64,000 nucleotides of DNA from the human T2T-CHM13v2.0 reference genome, Homo sapiens. Location: assembly GCF_009914755.1 (NCBI RefSeq), contig NC_060930.1. The stretch is one strand, 5' to 3'. The notes beneath the pieces are model-generated. The model had not been told where the DNA came from and did not search any database. It saw only the letters and a list, made by a program, of their open reading frames with translations. Shown here one piece after another: positions 44,456 to 56,602 of the stretch. Numbering within the stretch: the stretch's first letter is position 1; each line of letters begins with the position of its first letter. Both the position numbers and the translations under genes were made by a program.

Positions 44456-45488
44456 TTACAATTTGGTATGTTTTTGCAGTGGCTGGTACCAGTTGTTCCT
44501 TTCCATATTTAGTGCTTCTTTCAGGAGCTCTTTTAAGACAGGCCTGGTGGTGACAAAATCTCTCAGCATTTGCTTGTCTGTAAAGGATTTTATTTCTCCT
44601 TTGCTTATGAAGCTTAGTTTGACTGGATATGAAATTCTGGGTTGAAAATTATTTTTGTTACAATTGTTGAATATTGGCCACCACTCTATTCTGGCTTGTA
44701 GGGTTTCTGCAGAGACATCTGTTGTTACTTTAATGGGCTTCTCTTTATGGGTAAACCAACCTTTCTCTCTAGCTGCCCTTATCAATATTTTCCTTCTTTT
44801 CAACCTTAGTGAATCTGACAATTATGTGTCTTGGGGTTGCTCTTCTCCAGGAGTATCTTCATGGTGTTCATTGTATTCCCTGAATTTGAATTTTGGCCTG
44901 TCTTGCTAGGTTGTGGAATTTCTCCTGGATAATATCCTGAAGAGTGTTTTCCTACTTGGTTCCATTCTCCCCATCACTTTCAGGTACATCAATCAAATGT
45001 AGATTTGGTCTTTTCATATAGTCCCATGTTTCCTGGAGGCTTTGTTCATTCCTTTTCATTCTTTTTTCTCTAGTCTTGTCTTCATGCTTTATTTCATTAA
45101 GTTAATCTTCAATCTCTGATATCCTTTCTTCCACCTGATTTATTCAGCTGTTGATACTTGTGCATGCTTCACGAAGTTCTTGTGCTGTGCTTTTCAGCTC
45201 CATCAGGACATTTATGTTCTTCTCTACACTGATTATTCCAGTTAGCAATTCCTCTAATCTTTTTTCAAGGTTCTTAGCTTCCTTGCATTGGCTTAGAACA
45301 TGCTCCTTTAGCTCAGAGGAGTTTGTTATTACCCACCTTCTGAAGCCTACTTCTGAAAATTCATCAAACCAATTCTCTGTCCAGTTTTGTTCCCTTGCTG
45401 GCAAGGAGTTTTGATCCTTTGGAGGAGAAGAAGTGTTCTGGTTTTTGGAATTTTCAGCCTTTTTGCACTGGTTTTTCCTCATCTTCAT
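44456..45488 (-). pseudogene. L1PA7 ORF1, disrupted
   Basis: Fragments MKMRKNQCKKAENSKNQ (45488-45144) and RAAREKG...YPVKLS...QKHTKL (44821-44456). Confidence 0.88.
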
Positions 45489-46817
45489 GGATTTATCTAC
45501 CTTTGATCTTTGATGTTGGTGACCTTCAGATGGGTTTCTGTGTGCACATCTTTTTTGTTGATGTTGATTCTATGGCTTTCTGTTTGTTAGTTTTCCTTCT
45601 CACAGTCAGGACCCTCTACTGCAGGTCTGCTGGAGTTCGCTGGAGGACCACTCCAGATCCTGTTGCCGGGTATCACCGGCGGAGGCTGCAGAACAGCAAA
45701 GATTGTTGCCTGTTCCTTCCTCTGGAAGATTTGTCCCAGAGGGGCACCCACCTAATGCCAGCTGGAGCTCTCCTGTATGAGGTGTCTGTTGACCCCTGCT
45801 GAGAGGTGTCTCCTCATCAGGAGCCAGGGGGGTCAGGGACCCCCTTGAGGAAGCAGTCTGTCCCTCAGCAGAGCTCAAGTACTGTGCTGGGAGATCTGCT
45901 GCTCTCTTCAGACCTGGCAGGCAGGAATGTTTAAGTCTGCTGAAGCTGCACCCATAGCCGCCCCTTCCCCCAGGTGCTCTGTCCCAGGGAGATGAGAGTT
46001 TTATCTATAAGCACCTGACTGGGGCTGCCTTTCTTTCAGAGATGCCCTACCCAGAGAGGAGAAATCTAGAGAGGCACTCTGGCTACAGCGGCTTTACCAA
46101 GCTGTGGTGGGCTCCTCTTAGTTCAAACTTCCTGGTGGCTTTGTTTACACTGTGAGGGGAAAACTGCCTACTCAAGCCTCAGTAATGGCAGACACCCCTC
46201 CCCCCACCAAGCTCAAGCATCCCAGGTTGACTTCAGACTGCTGTGCTGGCAGTGAGAATTTCAAGCCAGTGTATCTTAGCTTGCTGGGCTCCATGGGGTG
46301 GGATCCACTGAGCTAGACAACTTGGCTCCCTGGCTTCATCCCCCTTTCCAGGGGAGTGAATGGTTCTGTCTCACTGACATTACAGGTGCCACTGGGGGGG
46401 GAAAATAACCTCCTGCAGCTAACTCAGTGTCTGCCCAAATGGCTGCCCAGTTTTGTGGTTGAAACCCTGGGCCCTGGTGGCATAGGCACCCAAGGGAATC
46501 TCCCAGTCTGCAGGTTGCAAAGACCATGGGAAAAGCATAGTGTCTGGGCTGGAGAGCACCATTCCTCATGGCACAGTCCCTCACATCTTCCCTTGGCTGA
46601 AGGAGGGAGTTCCCCAACCCCTTGCACTTCCCAGGTGAGGTGACACCCCACCCTGGTTCGGCTCACCCTCCTTGGGTTGCACCCACTCTCTAACCTGTCC
46701 CAGTGAGATTAGCCAGGTACCTCAGTTGGGAATGCAGAAACCACCCGCCTTCTGCCTTGATCTCGCTGGGAGCTGCAGACTGGAGCTGTTCCTATTCGGC
46801 CATCCTGCCAGCCACTC

Positions 46818-48260
46818 CAACTCATATTTTTAACAAAGGTGCCAAGAACATACAATGAGGAAACGACAGTGTCTTTAATAAATGGTGTTGGGAAAACTGG
46901 ATAACTAGATGAAGAAAATTAAACTATACTCCTATCTCCCATCATATACAAAAATCAAATTGAAATGGGTTAAGAACTTACATCTAAGACCTGAAGCCAT
47001 GAAAGTACTAGCAAAACACATCAGGGAAATGCTGCAGGACATTGGTCTGGGCAAATATTTTTGTTCAATCTCAAAAGCACAGGTAACCAAAGCAAAAATA
47101 GACAAATAGGATTACTTCAAAGATTCTGCACAGCAAAGGAAACAATCAACAAAATTAAGAGACAGCCCGCCAAATGGGAGAAAATATTTGCAAACTACAC
47201 ATATGACAAAGGATTAATAAGCAAAATATATAAGGAGCTTAAATATCTCAATAGCAAAAAACAAATTATCCAATTTAAAAATGGGCAAAAGGTTTGAATA
47301 GACATTTCTCACTAGAAGATATACAAATGGCCACCAGGTATATGAAAAAATGCTCAACATCACTAATCATCAGAATGATGCAAATCAAAAGTACAATGAG
47401 ATATGATCTCAATGAATGGCTTTTATCAAAAAGACAGGCAGTAATGGATGCTTTCAAGGATGTGGAGAAAGGGGAACCTTCATGCACTGTTGGCAGGAGT
47501 GTAAGTTAGTATAGCTACTATAGAGAACAGTATTGAGGTTCCTCAAAAAACTAAAAATAGTACTACCATATGATCCAGCAATCCCACTGCTGGGTATATA
47601 TCCAAAGTAAAGGAAATCAATATATTGAAAAGACACCTGAAATCTTATGTTTATTGCAGCACTATTTATAAAAGCCAACATATGGAATCAACCTAGGTGT
47701 CCATCAAAAGATCAATGGATAAAGAAAATGTGGTATATATATATACAGTGGAATATTATCCAGCCATTAAAAAATGTAATCTTATCATTTGCAGCAACAT
47801 GATGGAATTGGAGGTCATTATGTTAAGTGAAATAAGCCAAACACAAGAAGACAAATATCACATATTCTCACTTCTATGTGGGAGCTAAAAACAAAAAGTA
47901 GATCTCGTGAAGATAGAGAGTAGGCTGGTGGTTACCAGAGGCCAAGAAGGGTAGTGGAGAGGGGATATTGGGTAGAAATATACAGTTGGATAGAAGAAAT
48001 AAAACCTAGGGTTAGATAGATCTGTAGGGTAACTATAGTTTATAATAATCTATTGTATAATTCAAAATAGCTACAAGAAAAGAATTTGAATGGTTCTGTC
48101 ATAAAGAAAAGACCAATATTTAAGGTTATGAATATCCCAAGTATACTGATTTGATCTTTACAAATTGTATGAATGTATTAAATTATCTCATATTCCCTGA
48201 AAATATGTATATCTATTACGCATCAATTTAAGTAAATAATAATATGCATAAAAAATTTAA
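46818..48260 (+). mobile_element. L1MA5-type LINE-1, 3' piece
   Basis: Resumes ACAAAGGTGCCAAGAACATACAATG right after the TSD; ORF2 C-terminal fragments; 3'UTR GATAGAAGAAATAAAACCTAG...CTGATTTGATCTTTACAAATTG. Confidence 0.85.
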
Positions 48261-48351
48261 AACTTAGAGTTGAAATTTCAATACAAAATTATTGAATCAA
48301 GTGAAATATCACAACTCTTCTCTTAAACTTGTTGCATTTAAACATCTGGTT

Positions 48352-48760
<409 letters not shown>

Positions 48761-48823
48761 TTAGTGGTGGTATGCACAAATCATTAAGAAAGTGAAAAAT
48801 AATTGATGTTTATATAAGGATCC

Positions 48824-49195
48824 TGTATTAATTTGCTAGGGCTGCCATAACAAACATATTATCAACAACAGAAATGTATTTTCTCACTCTTTTGGAGGCT
48901 AAAAGTCCAAGATCAAGGTGCTGGCAGGATTGCCATCTCATGAGACCTCTCTCTTCGGTTTGCAGATGGCTGCCTTCTTACCATGTCCTTATAGGACCTT
49001 TTCTCTGTGTGTGCACATCCCTGGTATCTGTTTCTCTTCCTATAAGACTCCCAGTCTGATGGGATTATGGTCCCACTTTTATGACCTTATTTAACTTTAA
49101 TTACCTTTATAAAGTTCGTATCTCCAAATACAGTTACATTGGGGGTTAAGGCTTCAAGATATTAATTTTGAGGAAATACATTTTGGTTCATAATA
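48824..49195 (-). mobile_element. MaLR solo LTR (MLT1A0-like), TSD GATCC/TATCC
   Basis: TGTATTAATTTGCTAGGGCTGCCATAACAAA...TCTCCAAATACAGTTACATTGGGGGTTAAGGCTTCAA. Confidence 0.85.
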
Positions 49196-50629
49196 TATCC
49201 ATTTCCAGTATTACCTGTTGGGTGCATTTATGGGATCCAACATCAATAAACATTTACCATCAATTTCATCATCATCATCAACATAACCATCAAGTATTTT
49301 GAAAATACCTAGAAAATCACTTAAAAATCACTTAAAAATTCCATTTGTATGTGGCTATTACAGTTTATGAGGGACCATTAGGTACATCTTCTCATTCAAT
49401 TCTCACAACTATTCTAACGTTAAAAAGTCAAGATTATTATCCTAGTCTTAAAGGTGCAAAAGAGACACAGAAAGGCCTCCTCAAGCTGCAGAAAATTCCC
49501 TCGCTGCAACTGCAGAGAACAAGAGCCTTGGAGGTTATCTGTCATGGAGAGGAAGTTCCATAAATTGAAGCAGGTCAATAGTCACCATCTAAGCCAATAA
49601 ATAAAAAATCCACCCCCAGGACTTTCCAGATAGATACCAAAGCTTGGTGGTTACCAAGGTCAGGAATCCATATGCTGACCCAATTTCCATTCCCTTGTTT
49701 ATGAATCTCCCTTCCCCTTTCTCCATTTGGTTTGGAAGTAAATGGAAGAAGAATTGAAGCAGACCAGACAAGAAGGGAAATAGTCACTTATTCACAATTT
49801 TACACCTGAAACCTAAATTTGCCATGATTTTTCATTGGAATTTGATTGCTACAAATTTCAAAGATATGCTGCCTTTTAAAATCTAAATAGGATTTCACTG
49901 AATAGAATACAAGGAAATTCAAGTGACTAAAATTCTTTCACATCATTATTAGAGTATAATTCTATTTAGAGAGATTTGTGATAATAAACTGCTACTTGAT
50001 ACAGAAGTTCTAAGGATTGGAGAGATATAGTTGCACAGAGCTGTGAATAGAATCATTTTCCAAAAAGCGACATTCATAACAATTCCAGCTGGGGAGAATA
50101 AATGGTACATTCATGCATCTACATGGTCATCACCATCATGATGTTTAAAAAAGAAAAGCTGTGGTGTTTGACTGCTATACATGCATTTATGCTAAGCGTC
50201 TCTTCTTTTACAGTATCTGCTAAATCAGTGGTTCTCAATTGGACAGGTAACAGAAGCTGATCAGTGAGAAAAGCCAAAAGAAGGAGATTTCATTTAGCTG
50301 GGGAAATTTTTAAACTACAACACCCACTCTCCATATGTGCCAGAATCAGAAGCAACAGAAGAGGAAAAGCATCTGTAATTTGATAGAGCTTTCTAGAGGA
50401 TTCCACTATCCTCCAACTATTTTTATTCTTAACTCGCTGTTTTGAGTAATGGAGGACTACTACTTTTCTGACAGGTCAGGGGAGGAAAACACCCATTTTA
50501 TAATTGAGGATTTTAGACCCAGAAAAAAATATTGAGATCACAGTACCCAGTTTCCTCATTTTATAGTTTAAGGCCCCACATTGCACTAGTTTTTATAGTT
50601 TAAGTATAGTTGCACAATTAAAACAGCTT

Positions 50630-51120
50630 TTTATAATCCTTTGTGTATATAGCCAGTAATGGGATTGCTGGGTCTGTTCACAACAGCAAAGACTTCGAAC
50701 CAACCCAAATATCTATCAATGATAGACTGGATAAAGAAAATGTGGCACATATATACCATGAAATACTATGCAGCCATAAAAAAGGATGAGTTCATGCCTT
50801 TTGTAGAACATGGATGAGGTTGGAAACCATCATTCTCAGCAAACTAACACAGGAGCAGAAAACCAAACACCACACGTTCTCACTCATAAGTGGGAGTCAA
50901 ACAATGAGAACACATGGACACAGAGAGGGGATCATCACACACCAGGACCTGTCAGCAGTAGGGGACTAGGGGAGGTACAGCATTAGGAGAAATACCTAAT
51001 GTAGATGACAGGTTGATGGGTGCAGCAAACCACCATGGCACGTGTACACTTATGTAACGAACCTGCACATTCTGCACATGTATCCCAGAACTTAAAGTAC
51101 AATAAATAAATTTAAAAAAA
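50630..51120 (+). mobile_element. Short L1PA7-type 3' insertion with inverted 5' segment (50630-50674)
   Basis: 45 nt antisense L1 then sense L1 from TGTTCACAACAGCAAAGAC through 3'UTR TATCCCAGAACTTAAAGTAC and A tail. Confidence 0.9.
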
Positions 51121-51199
51121 GAATTTTTATCACTTAAAAAGAGAGCTTTTTTCCATAGCAAACTAATCTACAATAGAAAGTTGAATCCATGAATGTTTA

Positions 51200-51410
51200 T
51201 TTACTGCATCCTTTGGCAAAACATTACTGAGCAATTGGATATATTATTTCTAATTCTGACATCTACTCTGTACTCTGTGAGATAAATATTTTCCCTATTT
51301 TACAAATTGGGTTGTAAATTTTCCCAAGATCTCCTAAGTAGTATTGGTGGGGTTGGGATTTGAACTTAGGCCATGTAACTCCGGAGCCTGCACTCTTAGC
51401 CAATATGCTT
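51200..51410 (-). mobile_element. MIR SINE
   Basis: CCCAAGATC...GGGATTTGAACTTAGG...ACTCCGGAGCCTGCACTCTTAGCCA. Confidence 0.7.
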
Positions 51411-51419
51411 CTCTAGTTG

Positions 51420-51880
51420 CTGCTTGCCATGTACCTGGTTCTCTGTTATATTCTGCAAATATAATAATGGGAAAAATATCCTACTTTCATGAAGCTAGCA
51501 TAAATTAAAAATATACCAATTATTAAGTATATACTTTCACATTTTGATAAGTACCACAAATAAAAAACACAAGATATTATAAGAGGGAACATCTTAATTT
51601 GTGAGGTCAGAAAAGAGAAGTGATACCTAAACTGAGGTTAAGAAGGGGCCATACACGTGAAAAGAATTTAAGGCATAGGAAATAACATATGCCAAGGCCC
51701 TGAGATGGAGGAGTTTAGCCTCCTCAAGAAACTGAAAGGCTGATATGAGTAGGATGTGGGTAGTATTCAGGAGAGTAATGCCAGAAAAGATGAAAAGGCA
51801 GGCAAGGAAGGAAAAACCATGCAGAACTTTGTATTCCTTGTTAAAGGGTCTGAATTTCTCTCTAGATAGGTGATGCCAAT
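51420..51880 (-). mobile_element. L2 LINE 3' region
   Basis: CATATGCCAAGGCCCTGAGATGG...AAGAAACTGAAAGGC...CCATGCAGAACTTTGTA antisense L2 motifs. Confidence 0.6.
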
Positions 51881-51999
51881 GTCTGGGGAGGAGGTGGGGC
51901 ACATTTCCTGCTTCCTTGATGTGTAGGCCACTTGAATATTGCAACTAGTTTTTCTCCTGCTTATTGCCATCTACTAGGGTCTTTGTCATCCCCCTTTTT

Positions 52000-54390
52000 C
52001 TATGTATGGTCTTCCTTTCCATCTAGACTCTATCATCATTCATAATAGCTTCAACACTTACAAGATTATCCACTAGTGATTCTAATTTATTTTGTACCAT
52101 TCCACCACAGTCACCCACACTATGGTTATATCCTATTCCTTATGTTTTATCACTGGAAATTGCTCCACCTTCAAAAATCTCAATTTCAAACATTACAGTT
52201 TTCAGTCACCACTTCCAAATCCTCTAGAACACTTGCTTAATACCCCCACTGCCAAAATTCTTGAACCTGATCAAACCCTCTGTCCCGTGGACTCCACCAT
52301 TTTCTCACCATCAGCACATCTTCTTTTCTCCGCACTAAATGTAACAGTAGAAAATAAAAGCCCTGGTTGATGCCAATATTTAAGGTGGTCAACCAAACAG
52401 CTGAACATTGATGAAAGACATCACACAGGTAAATTAACCAACTTTGTATAACATTCATAACCACAAAGCCCGCTGGACCTTTAAAACACTTGCAATCTGA
52501 CAATATTTCCCCACGGTTTTTGCTACATTGTGAGGTGACTATTTTACATCTTTTTCTCACTTTTCTATTTGTAATGATTTGTCTCATTTAGATTTCACTT
52601 TATGTATATGGAGTAAATAAAAGCCATTAAACAAGAGCTCTCTCATCTTCATGTCGCCAAATCTGTAAACCTTCCTGCACTAGCACCCACTTCTGCTCCT
52701 TCCCTCTTCTTAAAAGGGAGAATGTGTCTTTCCTTCTATCAGAGTTCACACCTTGTTTTTTTGAAGGCCATCTCTTTTGCCTTCTGAAGGGCTTCACTCT
52801 GGCACTATCCCCTCTGTTTCATATCATAAATATTCCATTTCTAGTGTTTGTTCTTCAGAGAAAAAAACACAAACCTCCATTGGCCCCACATTGCACTTGC
52901 ACTTCATTTCCCTTCTTCTACTTCTCTTTTTAGTAGAACCTCTCAGTATTGTCCACTTCTTCAGCCCTGTTCACTCCTCTCTGAAGTTCTACCTTCTGGT
53001 TCTATAAGCCCGCTGCTGGAGTCTGTCAAAGTCATTGACACCACCTTGTTGCCAAATATAATCATCAATTATCTGTTCTTATATTAGTCCTCCTCTCAGT
53101 AGCATCTGATATAATTAACCACTCCTGACCTGAAATGCCTGTCTCCTTTGATTCTACAACAACATACCCCCTGATTTTCCTCTTACCTGATTGAGCTCCT
53201 CGTCAATCCTCTTTCCAGTTCCTCCTTCTCCATCTGATCTCTGATTCTTCCTCTTCTACATGTCTTACTCTAAATGTAATGGTTCTCCACTGCTTTGTCC
53301 AGGGTTTCCTTATCTTTTCTCTCTCTCTTTCTACTCTCTCCCAGGGTGAATTAAATAGCATTCATGTACTGATGACTTACAATTTTACATGTCTGGCCTC
53401 AACCTATCCTCTGACCTTTTGACCTGTATATTAACGTCCCACTTGATATCTATCAAAGAGAAATGAAGTAAGACAGATTTTATTCAGATTACTGCAGTAA
53501 AGAAGAGAGAATTGAGTGCAAACTGATCTGAACTCCACCAAAACAAGTCAGGAGACTTTTTAAATACTGGGATATGCTTTCTTAAGGGGTTGGAGGTCAG
53601 GAGTAGGAGGTGGTGAGGGGTTGGTGAATGTGATTAGGATATCTGAGTTTGCACATTGGTGAGTATAGGAGGAGAAACAAACTCTTCTTATCTATAGGAC
53701 AGAAGGAAGTATTGCAAATTAAAGCAAGATGTCCATCAAAGTTAGGCTCTTTCCCTTCCACATGAACTGAGAGTCAGAAAAACTACCTCCCTAGATGTTT
53801 ATATTTCCAAGAGATGGCTCTCAGGCTCTTAAGGAGAGCCTGAGATATAAACATTTATGGGTGAAAGAAGATTTACTTATCAAAGGGGCAGATAAAGGAT
53901 CGACAATGGCAAGTTTTCTAAACTGCTCCAAGAAAAGGGAGACTAGGAGCCTATGGTCAGGTTTTGGCTGGAACAAATGATAAATTATTTTGGCAGTATT
54001 GAGCTTTCTCAAGAAGACTGGGGTTATCCTAGGGACACGGTCTTGGGCTGATAGAAGCCACTAGAGTTTGGTCAAGCCTTTTAGTGCAGGAAGTTGGACT
54101 AAATCATTCACACCAAGAATTTTGCAGCTGTCACCTGTTTACTTGATAGTTGATAGGCATCTCAGAACTAATCTGATCAGAATGCACCTCTTAATTTCTT
54201 CCCAGATATGACCCTATCCTAGTTTGCCCTACATTGTTGTATCTGTTGCCTCATATTTACAGCATATCTTTTCTTATCCCCACCCACAGCCCAGCAATCA
54301 ATTAGCAAATTTGGGCCCTAATTGGTCTAGTTATTCTCTCCCTGTCTACTGCTGTCACTCTGATTCAAGACACCATCATTTATCCTCTAG
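52000..54390 (+). mobile_element. Long decayed L2 LINE interrupted by MER67-like LTR
   Basis: Pyrimidine-rich L2 body (GTCAAAGTCATTGAC, CTCTCAGTAGCATCTGAT, TACTGATGACTTACAATT), resuming ATAGGCATCTCAGAACTAA after 54133. Confidence 0.55.
53451..54133 (-). mobile_element. ERV1 solo LTR, MER67-like
   Basis: GGGGTTATCCTAGGGACACGG...AGAAGCCACTAGAGTTTGGTCAAG...TAGTGCAGG...TTTGCAGCTGTCA. Confidence 0.72.
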
Positions 54391-56014
54391 GACTCTGGTC
54401 TGATATACATATATCCAGTGGAAATCACTGTTCATTAGGTCAAATGTCCATCCCAGGTGTGGCTGGGCAGTATCTACAGGGGTCTGTGATGGGCAGGCAC
54501 AGTGACTTATATTTCTAAGGTAAAAGCTAGTTCATTTAGGTTCTAGGGCATGAACTGTAATTTCCCAATCTGTGACATCTCCCCTTCCTCTTACAGTCTC
54601 CCTGGGCAATATCTATTCTTTGGTCCTTCTTTCATGCAATACTTTAAAATGTAAATATAAAAGACAATGTTGTTTATCACAGTTTTTAATAGGAACTAAA
54701 ACCCCACACAAAAATATAGATATGTGAACAAGTAAAATTCAGGTATCAACCAGTAAGGGGAACTCCAAGAGGCAGTTTCAGGGTGCACATTCCAACAGGC
54801 CCTTGTGTACTCACCAGGCCTACAAACAGCCCTACTGTGTACAAGACCTCAAAGGGATAAAGATGTTCATGTACCTAGAATAAGCCTTAGTGACCCATAT
54901 GCTAGCACTGCTAAGCATCACTCAAAGACTCTATCTGTGATAATTCAGCATTGCCTTCCAAGTATGGTCTGACTTCCTCTTCTATGACCCTGGAATCTGT
55001 TTTTGCAATTGCCAGTGATGATGAATAAGTGCATAGGCTACAGTGCATGTTTAAGGCATGCTTTAAAAAGCACATCATTATTTCAAAAATTTTAAAGATT
55101 CCTAAAAGAGCATCCTGTGTGAGTAAATCCCCATAACACCTTGATTGTTAAATTATAATAAAGCTAATTATCATTCACATAATCTTTGCATTTATGAATT
55201 CTAATTTCTACAGTGAATAACACTTCATCAAAATAGCTTCTGACAATTGGCTCAGTTGGAAGAATTCATCTAAACACTTAAGACAAAAAAAACAGCTTTT
55301 CATTGTGTTGACGGGGTTTTGAGCCTTAGTCAAAATAATTGAGATAGTACAGATAAAAAAAAAAACAAAAGGAAAGACAAATTGGAAATTGTGTTTGATT
55401 AAAATGTAAATTTCTTATTGTAGTGATGTTCTTATTTATGGTAACACATTGTAGCACTTCAGTTTGGCAGCATTTGTTGACCTATCTCTGTTCAGCAGCT
55501 AAAACTTAACATAATAGATGCAAAATTGCTTCTTTAATTTACATTTTCAAAAGAAATAATCTAGGTCACTTTTATGTTACTTGCATGTAAAATCAACTCC
55601 TTTAACAGAAAGCAGGCATCTTTGAAAATATTGCCAATTTTCTAACTCAGAGTATGAAGATTATAAAAGTAAGAACTCTGCATGATTTTTAAGCTAATAG
55701 CTAGTTCTTACTTCTTGAGACACTTATTTTCCAACTTATGGATCTACCAGATTTTCAGTTGCTTTTCTAACTTGTTTTCTACTGCCTTTGGGTGATTTCA
55801 CTGTTTATTGGTAGCTAATTCATAGTAAACGAAGGCATTGAGGTAGAAGGCAAACTCAGTCAAATTCCTGAGTTTTCCAGTAATAATTTCATTGGAATTA
55901 ATAGCTGATAGGTGGTTTGTTCATTTACATGTACCCAATTTCCTCCATATCTGCATTGATCCTTGGCAAAAATAACTGAGAAATGATTATAGTCAAGAAG
56001 AGCTTGCTCTTACG

Positions 56015-56460
56015 AAGTTAATACACATTCACCATATAAGCCAGCAATCTTCCTCCTAGACATTTAACCAAGAGAAATCCAGGCATATTTCTACACAAAA
56101 ACCTGTATATAAATAGTTACATCAGCTTTAGTTATTACCACTAAAAACCAAAAAAAAAAAACTGCCCATCAACTGGTGAATGGATAAGTCAGTAGCATCT
56201 GTATGATTCAATTTAAATGACATTTTGGAAGAGACAAAACTGGATGAAAACAGATCAGTGGTTACCAAGGACTGTGAGCCTGGAAGGAGGATAACTGCAA
56301 AAGGCCATGCAGAACCCTTTGGTGGTGATGGAAAAGCTCTGTACTTTGACTTCAGTGGTGGTTACAGAACACAGCAAACATTTGTCAAAGTTCATTAGAA
56401 CTCTATACACGACAGGGTGAACTCTACTCTACATAGATTATATCTGAGTAAACTTGCTTT
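56015..56460 (+). mobile_element. L1MD/L1ME-type LINE-1 3' end with internal deletion
   Basis: CCATATAAGCCAGCAATC, CCATCAACTGGTGAATGGATAA, AACAGATCAGTGGTTACC, GGTGATGGAAA. Confidence 0.7.
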
Positions 56461-56555
56461 CTTTTAAAAAGTACAGAACATTGTTTTTGATCTTAGGGAG
56501 CTTACGGATGGTAAAGAAGGCAAGATCAGAGAAAAATACGATTCACAATAACTGA

Positions 56556-56602
56556 ATATGTATATATATGTGTGTGTGTATGTGTGTATATATATATATA
56601 TA
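56556..56602. repeat. (TA)n/(TG)n compound microsatellite
   Basis: Seen directly. Confidence 0.9.
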
